Under the pieces are notes generated by a model. It was given only the letters and a program-made list of their open reading frames with translations, searched no databases and was not told where the DNA came from. Positions 15,063 through 23,350 of a stretch of DNA of 24,000 bases are shown here, piece by piece. How positions within the stretch are numbered: the stretch's first letter is position 1; each line of letters starts with the position of its first letter. The stretch is from Pelotomaculum sp. PtaU1.Bin035 (GTDB taxonomy: Bacteria; Bacillota; Desulfotomaculia; Desulfotomaculales; Pelotomaculaceae), in NCBI GenBank assembly GCA_002067965.1, contig MVRN01000038.1, positions 1 through 24,000 on the forward strand. The letters are read 5' to 3'. Made by a program: the position numbers and the translations under genes.

Positions 15063-16190
15063 TTAACTTGTCGAGCGCTGAAAACTATTAGCGTCCCCCA
15101 TATACAGCTTTTCGATATAACCTACCAAGCTGTCTGTCTCAAAATGTTTTATGTCGTTGAAAGCACATTCACGAAACTTGGCGGCTTCGGTTTTGTTATT
15201 TATCAGGTAACTGATACCCGCGGCCAAGGCATAAGGATCCCGTGGCCTGACGAGGTACGAATTTTTCATATGCTTTAAAAAATCAGTTACCCCGCCCACT
15301 TCTGTGGCCACCACCGGCAGCCCTTGGGACATCGCCTCTGCTATAGATATACCGAACCCCTCCATGAGTGACGGTGAAACATATATGTCAAACAAAGGCA
15401 GCAAATCCCTGATATCATTTCTGAAACCCAGTAACTCCACATGCCCTGCCAACCGGTTCGCTCTGATCCGGTTTTCAAGGCTACACCGCTCCGGCCCCTC
15501 TCCGATCATAACCAGTCTTATGTCTACCCCTGTTTCTTTTAAGATTTTTATACTATCTATCAAATAGTTCAAACCTTTTACCGGCCTAAAATTCGCCACC
15601 GTCCCGGCAATTACGCAATCATCAGGCCAGTGGAAGGCCTTGCGAAAATCGCTTTTTGAAATAACTTTTTTAGACACCTCATTGAGTTCTATGGGATTCG
15701 GTATCAAAACCAGCTTTTTTTCCGGGACTCCAATGGATTTTAGCCAGTGTATTATCTTGCTGGACACACCCACAAAATAATTAGTCCTCCGCCTTGCCAG
15801 GCGGTAATAGATCCTCCCCAGAGTTGTCACCTTTCTCCGGTCTGAAAGGTTATGCTCGGTGCTGATTAATTTTACCGGAGTGAGAAAGCCTAAAAAAAGG
15901 CCATAAACATCTGCCAACGCCAGATGTGTATGCAAGATATCATACTTCTCAGCTTTAATTAATTTAAGTATCTTAAAATAAGTTGAAATAAGACCATATT
16001 TTTTTACATCGATACAATAAACCTTATTAACGACTTTCCCCGCCGATAATACAAAATTATCTTCAAAACCAAAAAAACAAACATCGACTTTAAATTTATT
16101 CCTGTCAATTCTGCTTAGAAACCGGTAGGTGGCTGTCTCCGCTCCCCCAACCCCGTTAAAGTTGCTTATTATAATAAGAATTTTTTTCAT
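15063..16190 (-). CDS. Glycosyltransferase family 4 (GT-B fold)
   Basis: It has the C-terminal EGFGISIAEAMSQGLPVVATEVGG motif (E-x7-E type) and the N-terminal MKKILIIISNFNGVGGAE. Confidence 0.85.
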   Translation of the reverse strand: MKKILIIISNFNGVGGAETATYRFLSRIDRNKFKVDVCFFGFEDNFVLSAGKVVNKVYCIDVKKYGLISTYFKILKLIKAEKYDILHTHLALADVYGLFLGFLTPVKLISTEHNLSDRRKVTTLGRIYYRLARRRTNYFVGVSSKIIHWLKSIGVPEKKLVLIPNPIELNEVSKKVISKSDFRKAFHWPDDCVIAGTVANFRPVKGLNYLIDSIKILKETGVDIRLVMIGEGPERCSLENRIRANRLAGHVELLGFRNDIRDLLPLFDIYVSPSLMEGFGISIAEAMSQGLPVVATEVGGVTDFLKHMKNSYLVRPRDPYALAAGISYLINNKTEAAKFRECAFNDIKHFETDSLVGYIEKLYMGDANSFQRSTS

Positions 16191-17325
16191 GTTTCAAGAT
16201 TTCCTCATAGACGGACATAACCTTTCGTCCTACTTCAGCCTCATCAAAATGCCGGCGCATCCGCTCCCGGCCCTCCCGCCCCATCCTCCGGCGAAGTCCG
16301 GGATCCAGCAGCAGTTCGCGCAGCGCTCCGCTCAATGTTTCACTATCCCCGGGAGATACAAGAAAACCTGTTACGCCGCCTTCAATCACCTCCCTGCATC
16401 CCCTTATATCAGTAGCTACGCAGGGTAAAGCCATTGCCTGGGCTTCGATCAGGGAGCGGGGCAACCCCTCCCGGTAAGAAGGAAGCACATATATATCCGC
16501 CACTGCCAGCAAATCGTTGATATCACCGCGCAACCCCAAGATCCTGATACGGTCCCGCAATCCGCAGCTATTAATTTGCTGGGCAACAGTGGACAAAAAA
16601 CCTTCGTCAGCGCCGATAAAAATTGCTTGCCAAGGTATATCCCCCACCATTTGCAGCGCATTCACCAAATCGTGATATCCTTTTTCCCGGTTGATGCGTC
16701 CGATCATGGCAATTACCGGTTCTGTTCCGCCGATAGCCAGGCTTTCTCTGATCAGGAGCTTATGCTTGGAGGAATACTTGTCAGGATCGAATTCCGCCAG
16801 GTCAACACCGTTTCCGATGTGAAACAAATTACCCTTGCGAGGCTTAATATTCATATTAAACGCGGTATTAATGTCCTCTTCGCTTTGGGAAAGCATAAAA
16901 TCCGTGATCCCGGCCATCCATCTTTCAATTTGCTCATAGACCCGGCGTTTAAGCTTAGGCATCCCGGCGTGGAAGGGAAATCCATGCACAGTGTGAATTA
17001 TGTTGGGAACGCCCGCAAGTCTCGCAGCCATCCTGCCCACCACCCCTGCCTTGGAAGTATGGGTGTGGACTATGTCCGGCCTCTCATTCCGGAAATAACG
17101 GAGCAATTCAAATATTGACCTTAAGTCCGGCCAGGGGTTAATCTTTCTGTCGATGTAAATCTCCTCTACGGGAAATCCTAGCTGGCGGAGCATTTCCCCC
17201 TCTGGCGAAGGGCTGAAAACAAACCCTACTTCCATACCCTTCTCACGGAAGTATTTGCATTGAGCCAGCAGTGCCCTGAAAGAGGTTATACCGATAGTGG
17301 TTACATGAATTACCCGGGGCCTCAT
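16156..17325 (-). CDS. Glycosyltransferase family 4 (GT-B fold)
   Basis: It has the motif REGLPRSLIEAQAMALPCVATDIRG and an N-terminal VIHVTTIGIT. ATG at 17325 (MRPRVIHV) is preferred over the listed 17349. It overlaps the next GT gene by 35 nt. Confidence 0.85.
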   Translation of the reverse strand: MRPRVIHVTTIGITSFRALLAQCKYFREKGMEVGFVFSPSPEGEMLRQLGFPVEEIYIDRKINPWPDLRSIFELLRYFRNERPDIVHTHTSKAGVVGRMAARLAGVPNIIHTVHGFPFHAGMPKLKRRVYEQIERWMAGITDFMLSQSEEDINTAFNMNIKPRKGNLFHIGNGVDLAEFDPDKYSSKHKLLIRESLAIGGTEPVIAMIGRINREKGYHDLVNALQMVGDIPWQAIFIGADEGFLSTVAQQINSCGLRDRIRILGLRGDINDLLAVADIYVLPSYREGLPRSLIEAQAMALPCVATDIRGCREVIEGGVTGFLVSPGDSETLSGALRELLLDPGLRRRMGREGRERMRRHFDEAEVGRKVMSVYEEILKHEKNSYYNKQL

Positions 17326-17422
17326 AAAATATTCTTCCTCGCAAACCAATCGACTGTTAAGAATAATCTCTCATTAAAAATAATCTTTGGGTACATTCTA
17401 AATACTTAATAACTGAAATAAT

Positions 17423-18151
17423 TTACTTTTTAACTTCAGTCTTCTTTTTAACTTCCGCCTTTTTCTTAATAATTTTGGCTTTATCCGCGTAATAATAATG
17501 ATAATTCTCAATAACTTCATTCATCCTGGCACAATTTAGAGCAACACCAAGTATCCTTGCTCTGGCGTTGGTTAACATTTCTTTTGTTTTAATTATTGAA
17601 TCGTGGGAAGCAACCATTGACCTTACCACCATCAACACACCGTCCACCGCCTTGGACAAAACAGCGGCATCAGCCACAACTGCCGACGGAGGAGCGTCCA
17701 ACAAGATTACATCAGCCTTTTCTTTCAAATTTGCTATTAACCAGTTCATCTTGTGTCTGCCTAACAATTCAGTCGGGTTGGAGGGCGGCGGGCCCGCAGT
17801 TAAAATATTTAACCCGGCTATAGGAGAATTCTGAATTACCTGGTCCGGTTCTTTAAATTCTGACAAAATATTGGTCAAACCAAAATTATTATCCACGTTA
17901 AAAAATAAATGCTGCTGGGGTCTGCGCAGGTCACAGTCAACAACAATAACCTTTTGGCCGGCTTGCGCAAAAACAACACCCAAGTTGGCCGTCATAAAAG
18001 AAGTCCCTTCTCCAAACCCCCCCCCGGCCAGCAAGATCGCTTTTAATGAATCCCCCACCTCAAAAAACTGGAGGTTCGCCCGTAAAGTCCGAAAGGACTC
18101 TGTTAAGAAAGAACGGGGCTGGTTGTAAGTAACCAGTTCAAAACTGCTCAA
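17423..18151 (-). CDS. CpsD/CapB/PtkA-type BY-kinase homologue with degenerate Walker A (probable pseudokinase)
   Basis: Walker A' (VIVVDCDLRRP), Walker B (DVILLDAPP) and a C-terminal Tyr cluster (YHYYYADK) are present. The P-loop reads GGGFGEGTSF instead of ..PGEGKS(T/F). TTG start with GGAAGGGGGG upstream. Confidence 0.85.
   Translation of the reverse strand: MSSFELVTYNQPRSFLTESFRTLRANLQFFEVGDSLKAILLAGGGFGEGTSFMTANLGVVFAQAGQKVIVVDCDLRRPQQHLFFNVDNNFGLTNILSEFKEPDQVIQNSPIAGLNILTAGPPPSNPTELLGRHKMNWLIANLKEKADVILLDAPPSAVVADAAVLSKAVDGVLMVVRSMVASHDSIIKTKEMLTNARARILGVALNCARMNEVIENYHYYYADKAKIIKKKAEVKKKTEVKK
18017..18025 (-). repeat. Homopolymeric G9 tract (coding strand) in the BY-kinase P-loop codons
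   Basis: The plus strand has nine consecutive C. The minus strand reads gcc ggg ggg ggg ttt (A G G G F), about 43 codons into the gene. Confidence 0.9.
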
Positions 18152-18153
18152 AC

Positions 18154-18840
18154 TTATACCCCCCTTCCGTCACCTGCTTGGAGAGTGGCCGCAGGTATCA
18201 TTCCCAGCACCGGCAGCTTCAGCAAGCTTTCTATTTCTTCCGGATACCTGATCGTATCGTCAAGGTATTCCCGGATAAAAATAATTGCCACAGTAATTAC
18301 AAGGCCGAGAATACCGGCAAGCAAAATATTCAATACAGCCTTGGGGCTAACCGGAGTGCCTGACGGCACAGCAGGATCAAGCACCTGAATATTCTTAACA
18401 TTCAAGACTTTGTACACTTTACCGGAGAGCGCCTGGGCCACCCCATTGGCAATCAATGCCGCCGCTGAAGGGTTGGAATCACTTGCCGTTATCTTTAGCA
18501 CTTCGGTGTCACCGGCCAAACCGACCTTAATTTTGCCGCTCAACTCTTCCGGGGTATAATTCAAACTATTACTGTTAATGACTTCTTCAGCGACAGAACG
18601 GCTTTTTGCCAGTTCACTGTAAGTCCTTACCAGCCTTTGATTCAACGTAAGCGTATTAATATTTATCTCGGAATAAGGAGTCATTTGGTCTCTTAACACA
18701 ATTAATGTCGTCGTTGACTCGTAAACAGGCGTCAATACGAATAAATTGATTATTGCGCTTGTTATCATCGCGACAACTGGCACCAAAACCAACACTAGTC
18801 TAAGTTCTCCCAATATCCTTCCGAGTTCCTTAAGCTTCAT
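18154..18840 (-). CDS. Wzz/CpsC/YveK-type polysaccharide chain-length determinant (BY-kinase transmembrane modulator)
   Basis: It has two TM helices (N-terminal and C-terminal) flanking an extracytoplasmic domain, and sits directly upstream of the kinase gene, as in split Gram-positive BY-kinases. ATG at 18840 has GAGGGGGG 7 nt upstream; the listed GTG at 18843 is also possible. Confidence 0.85.
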   Translation of the reverse strand: MKLKELGRILGELRLVLVLVPVVAMITSAIINLFVLTPVYESTTTLIVLRDQMTPYSEININTLTLNQRLVRTYSELAKSRSVAEEVINSNSLNYTPEELSGKIKVGLAGDTEVLKITASDSNPSAAALIANGVAQALSGKVYKVLNVKNIQVLDPAVPSGTPVSPKAVLNILLAGILGLVITVAIIFIREYLDDTIRYPEEIESLLKLPVLGMIPAATLQAGDGRGV

Positions 18841-18910
18841 CACCTTTCCCCCCTCAGATATGACAAAAATTTTTTCATCAAACTGCTAACGCGCCGGTCT
18901 ATAAGTTTTC

Positions 18911-19624
18911 TTAAGGCAGCATTTCTAAATTCTTTTTAATTACCCACCCCTTTTGCCCGGAGTTTAACTTTATATTAACCCACTCACCAATAGCGGAATT
19001 ATCTATGACTTCTACAATATCTCCTGTATTTAACGACGCGACAACCGTACCGTCCAAGCCTCCTTTGTCTCTGACATTAAGTGATGATACCAGTACCTTT
19101 GCTTTAAATTTTTGCCCCAAATCTTTTTTATTGGTTATATCTGTATCACTATTGTCTTCCTCCGCCTGCCGCTTCAGATCCATAATTTCTTCAAAGACAG
19201 GATCTCTGTATATGCCGTCACTACTTTTCTTTTTGAGGGAATCGTTAAGCTGGTCTTGTATTGTTGGCGCCGCCTTTTTATTATCCGGCATACTTTTTGA
19301 CCCTGGCGCGCTTTGTAATTTTTCAGAGCCGGCGGAGTTAGAAGCGCTTTTCTTTGCAGCTGTGTCCTGCTGCTTATTAACATCTTCCGCGGCTGGGGGA
19401 GACACCGGCATATATTGTATTTCTTCCTTGCCCGGCTTGGGTTTCATAAATATTAACAATACCATCATTGCAAGGGAACATAAGGTCAAGGTCAGCCACT
19501 TGCGTTTTGCCTTTTCTCCCGCCTCCATATAAGCTAAAGCGATAATAAGAAAAAGAGCGGTGAGAATGGCGCTTGCAATCAGTGTCCAAAACCATAATTT
19601 TGAAAATATTTCCCCCAATAACAT
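18911..19624 (-). CDS. Membrane-anchored SH3b-domain protein
   Basis: ATG at 19624 (MLLGEIFSKLWFWTLIASAILTALFLII...). There are two hydrophobic helices and a Ser/Lys/Ala-rich low-complexity linker. The C-terminal bacterial SH3 pattern is KAKVLVSSLNVRDKGGLDGTVVASLNTGDIVEVID...GEWVNIKLNSGQKGWV. The listed TTG start at 19717 adds 31 basic residues with no support. Confidence 0.7.
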   Translation of the reverse strand: MLLGEIFSKLWFWTLIASAILTALFLIIALAYMEAGEKAKRKWLTLTLCSLAMMVLLIFMKPKPGKEEIQYMPVSPPAAEDVNKQQDTAAKKSASNSAGSEKLQSAPGSKSMPDNKKAAPTIQDQLNDSLKKKSSDGIYRDPVFEEIMDLKRQAEEDNSDTDITNKKDLGQKFKAKVLVSSLNVRDKGGLDGTVVASLNTGDIVEVIDNSAIGEWVNIKLNSGQKGWVIKKNLEMLP

Positions 19625-19810
19625 GAATTGCAATCCCCATCCCTTACGGCAATTTCCATAACTACTCCAACCACTTCGTGTTATTTTATGTCGGGTGAAC
19701 CGGGCTTGTGATAGCAAAACACCCTAATAATTACGTTACTTGATGAATGTAACTTCTGATGTTAAAACTTCATATGATATTCCGGAGAATCCGCAAGATA
19801 TAGAATATGG

Positions 19811-20824
19811 GTGGGAAAGGAGGTCAAGAGCCCTATAGAAAAAAGAGCAGTATTGGTTGTCATGTTAATTAGTGTCATCATAGGAGCTTGTTTGCTTGAG
19901 GGCTGCAACCGCAAGCAAACCGCTATTTCACCTTCAGTGGCGGAAGATAAATTGGAGGGAAATAAAGAATACCCGGCGGATCGCCAGGCTGCCGCGGAAA
20001 AAATAGCTGACTATGCGCATCCCGAAGCCCTAATCAGTGTTTACGACTTAAATCAAAAAATTTACGATACCAGCATATTTACCATCGACACACGCGGTAG
20101 AAGCTACGAAGTTTTCCTGAAATCTTACCGGTACGGTCATATACCGGGGGCGTTACCCATATTGCACGAAAGTTATACCCACCCCAAATATACTGACAGG
20201 ATCGCTACACCGCCACAATTACAAGATGTCCTCGGGGGGCTGGGAATAAGCAATGAAAGCACCATAATACTTTATGGCAATGACGGCTTACAGGCGCGGC
20301 TGTATTGGGCCATCAAGATGTACGGCTATGATAATGTAAAAATTTTGGACGGCGGCTTGGATAAGTGGAAAGAGGCCGGCTTCGATATTACCCCCGCAAA
20401 CTCTGTCCGCCCGCCTGACACATTTGAATTCGATTTGGCGAAATCAAAAATGGAGTTGATTGCAACTCTAAATGAGGTAGAAGCCGCAATCGGCAACCGG
20501 AACTTTGTTATCGTGGATGCCCGGAGCAGGGACGAATATTTATATAAACATATACCGGGAAGCATAAACCTTTACTATGCGGAACTATTAAACAAAGACC
20601 TGACATTTAAGCCCGCCCCCGACTTGAAGGCCCTTGCTGAAAATAAAAAAATAACCCGGGACAAAAAAATAATAGTATACTGCGACTCCGGCGTCAGCTC
20701 TTCGCTGGTCTGGTTTGCCCTTTCTGAACTGCTGGGGTATCCAAATGTAAAGAACTATGACGGCTCCTTAAATGAATGGCTCAAGACGGGCCGTAAGGTC
20801 CAAAGTGGTGAACAGGGGGAGTGA
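19811..20824 (+). CDS. Lipoprotein with two rhodanese domains (thiosulfate sulfurtransferase-like), catalytic Cys present
   Basis: The signal peptide ends LLEGC. The N-terminal rhodanese domain has no Cys in its loop (ILYGNDGLQA), which is usual for inactive first domains. The C-terminal domain has the active-site loop VYCDSGVSS (Cys codon 20681-20683). The start is uncertain: the listed start is GTG at 19811, and the AAGGAGG at 19817-19822 would suit a start near 19835. Confidence 0.85.
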   Translation: MGKEVKSPIEKRAVLVVMLISVIIGACLLEGCNRKQTAISPSVAEDKLEGNKEYPADRQAAAEKIADYAHPEALISVYDLNQKIYDTSIFTIDTRGRSYEVFLKSYRYGHIPGALPILHESYTHPKYTDRIATPPQLQDVLGGLGISNESTIILYGNDGLQARLYWAIKMYGYDNVKILDGGLDKWKEAGFDITPANSVRPPDTFEFDLAKSKMELIATLNEVEAAIGNRNFVIVDARSRDEYLYKHIPGSINLYYAELLNKDLTFKPAPDLKALAENKKITRDKKIIVYCDSGVSSSLVWFALSELLGYPNVKNYDGSLNEWLKTGRKVQSGEQGE

Positions 20825-20869
20825 TTGCCTTACTTTTTTAATAAGACTTTTGAAAAATGAGGAGGTACT

Positions 20870-21883
20870 ATGAATAAAAAAAGTCTGGCTATTTTAATTT
20901 ACTGCTTGGCCACTATCTTTATTTTCGCTATCACCTTAACTGCCCTGGCAAGCTGCAAACGCCAGTATCGCAGTTCAAAACCCGCTGTGATACAGCCGAA
21001 GCAGAAGGATCCGGCCCAACTGGCTGCGGATAAAATTTCCGAATATAGCAATCCTGACGCCTTAATAAGTATTTATGAGTTAAATAAAATTAAAAGCGAC
21101 GCGAATCTATCAATTCTTGACACACGCGGAAGAAGTTTTCAGGTATTTTCATATTCTTACCCAGCGGGTCACCTCCCCGGCGCCATACCCATCCTGCATT
21201 CAGAGTATACTCACCCGGCCTACAATGACCGGCTGGCTGCTCCGGATCAGGTAAAAAAGGCACTGGGAGACAAAGGGATCAACAGCCAGAAAAAGATTGT
21301 TCTATATGGCAATGACGGCTTGCAGGCGCGTGTCTACTGGATATTAAAGGCTTATGGCTGCGACAACCCAATTCAAATACTGGACGGCGGGTTCGAAAAA
21401 TGGAAAGAAGCCGGCCTTGAGACAGCCGTAGCGCCGCCGGCAATCTTACCGGCCAATTTTGAATTTAACTATGCGAAAGCGGATACAAACATATATACAA
21501 ACCTGGAAGAAGTTGTGGACGCAATACTGAATTATACCCCAAATACCATTATTGTTGATACCCGTTCTAAAAATGAATATTTGGTCGGGCACATTCCCAC
21601 CAGCGTCAATATCAGTCTATTAGACACCCTGTATGAGGATAAGACTTTTAAGGCAATCCAGGAATTGAACGCTCTTATGGCGAGCAAAGGAGTCACTCCT
21701 GATAAAAAGGTGCTGGTTTATTCGAACAACGGTGTGGAATCTTCTCTGGTATGGTTTGTTTTACACGAACTGATGGGCTTTCCCAACGTCAAGAATTACG
21801 ACGGCGGTTTTTCCGAATGGTTTGAACGGGAATTGGCAGTTGAATATGGCGAACAACAACTAGTTGTAAAACCTGCGCAATAA
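20870..21883 (+). CDS. Lipoprotein with two rhodanese domains, paralogue lacking the catalytic Cys
   Basis: GAGGAGG lies upstream of the ATG, and the lipobox is LASC. By eye it is roughly half identical to the upstream gene, and the listed length is the same (337 aa). The aligned active-site loop reads VYSNNGVES (Ser codon 21722-21724). Confidence 0.85.
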   Translation: MNKKSLAILIYCLATIFIFAITLTALASCKRQYRSSKPAVIQPKQKDPAQLAADKISEYSNPDALISIYELNKIKSDANLSILDTRGRSFQVFSYSYPAGHLPGAIPILHSEYTHPAYNDRLAAPDQVKKALGDKGINSQKKIVLYGNDGLQARVYWILKAYGCDNPIQILDGGFEKWKEAGLETAVAPPAILPANFEFNYAKADTNIYTNLEEVVDAILNYTPNTIIVDTRSKNEYLVGHIPTSVNISLLDTLYEDKTFKAIQELNALMASKGVTPDKKVLVYSNNGVESSLVWFVLHELMGFPNVKNYDGGFSEWFERELAVEYGEQQLVVKPAQ

Positions 21884-21888
21884 AGAAA

Positions 21889-21930
21889 AATAAGGGAAAG
21901 AGGTTAATTACTTTCCCTTATTTTCATTTG
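21889..21930 (+). terminator. Rho-independent terminator after the rhodanese pair
   Basis: AATAAGGGAAAG (21889-21900) pairs perfectly with CTTTCCCTTATT (21911-21922). The loop is 10 nt and the stem is followed by TTCATTTG. Confidence 0.85.
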
Positions 21931-21956
21931 TCTAATAAATCATTATGGGGGATTTT

Positions 21957-23333
21957 ATGCTATTTAACAGCTTTGAATTTATATTTATTTACCTGCCATT
22001 AACAATTTTTATTTTCTATTTCTGCATAAATAAAAAGCTCCGCCTTCCGGCCATATTATCCTTGGTTCTGATGTCACTAGTCTTCTATAGCTACTGGAAT
22101 TACCGGTATGCAATCTTAATAGTAATCAGCATTGCCCTGAACTATCTGACCGGACGTTTATTGCATGGGACTGGAAGAAAGGAAATTTTTATCGCGGGAG
22201 TCTCTTTTAATCTGTTATTGCTTGCGTATTATAAATACTGCAATTTCTTTATTGATAATATTAATAAAATATTCCAAACTAACATAAGCTCCTTAAATAT
22301 TGTTTTACCGCTGGCAATTTCTTTTTTTACTTTTACTCAAATAGCTTACATAGTTGATGTGTATAAAAACAGGAACATTAAATATGACCTGGCAAGCTAC
22401 AGTTTATTTGTGTTATTTTTTCCCCATCTAATTGCGGGCCCGATAGTTTACCACAAAGAAATCATCCCTCAGTTCAAAGATGAAAAAACTTTTAAGGTGA
22501 ACTACCTGAATATATCCGCCGGAATCCTGTTATTCTTTATCGGGCTGTTTAAGAAAGTAATTATAGCGGACTATTTTTCTCCTCATGCAGCTTTGGTCTT
22601 TGACCTGGCTGAGCACCCGACATTCATTGAGGCCTGGGCCGGCGCCCTTTCTTACACAATGCAAATTTACTTTGACTTTTCCGGCTATACAGACATGGCG
22701 TTAGGCTTGGCCTATATGTTTAATATCAAAATGCCGCGCAACTTTAACTCCCCCTATAAATCAAACAATATCATAGATTTCTGGCGCACGTGGCACATGA
22801 CCTTATCAAGATTCCTAAAAGATTATCTGTATATTCCTCTTGGCGGAAACAGGTCAGGTAAACTAAGGAAATATATTAATCTAATGATGACAATGCTATT
22901 AGGCGGTTTATGGCACGGGGCAGGATGGACTTTCGTAATATGGGGAGGTCTGCACGGTATTTACTTATGCGTCAACCACGCATTCAGAGCCGCAAAAATT
23001 GAGATAAACTGGTTTATAGCGAGAACTATCACATTTATTGCCGTGGTCGCGGCCTGGATATTCTTTAGGGCAAAAGACTTAAAAACAGCATTCAACATAT
23101 TAAAAGGCTGCGTTGGCTTTAACGGAATTGATTTTCATCCCGAATACGCGACAAAGGCTGAAGTTTTTTTTATAATACTGGCTCTGATCGCTGTTAACAC
23201 ACTGCCAAACTCCATACAACTGGCAAACAACATCAGGCCAAACATAAAATGGCTGGCCTTTACGCTCCTGATTGCCCTCGTTTCCCTGACAATGATTAAC
23301 AACCCCAGTGAATTTTTATATTTTCAATTTTGA
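21957..23333 (+). CDS. MBOAT-family membrane O-acyltransferase (AlgI/DltB/PatA-like)
   Basis: It is polytopic and carries the hallmark motifs FWRTWHMTLSRFLKDYLYIPLGGNR and GGLWHGAGW. ATG at 21957 (MLFNSFEF...) follows GGGGGA. Confidence 0.9.
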   Translation: MLFNSFEFIFIYLPLTIFIFYFCINKKLRLPAILSLVLMSLVFYSYWNYRYAILIVISIALNYLTGRLLHGTGRKEIFIAGVSFNLLLLAYYKYCNFFIDNINKIFQTNISSLNIVLPLAISFFTFTQIAYIVDVYKNRNIKYDLASYSLFVLFFPHLIAGPIVYHKEIIPQFKDEKTFKVNYLNISAGILLFFIGLFKKVIIADYFSPHAALVFDLAEHPTFIEAWAGALSYTMQIYFDFSGYTDMALGLAYMFNIKMPRNFNSPYKSNNIIDFWRTWHMTLSRFLKDYLYIPLGGNRSGKLRKYINLMMTMLLGGLWHGAGWTFVIWGGLHGIYLCVNHAFRAAKIEINWFIARTITFIAVVAAWIFFRAKDLKTAFNILKGCVGFNGIDFHPEYATKAEVFFIILALIAVNTLPNSIQLANNIRPNIKWLAFTLLIALVSLTMINNPSEFLYFQF

Positions 23334-23350
23334 GAGCAAGGGTGAGAAAC

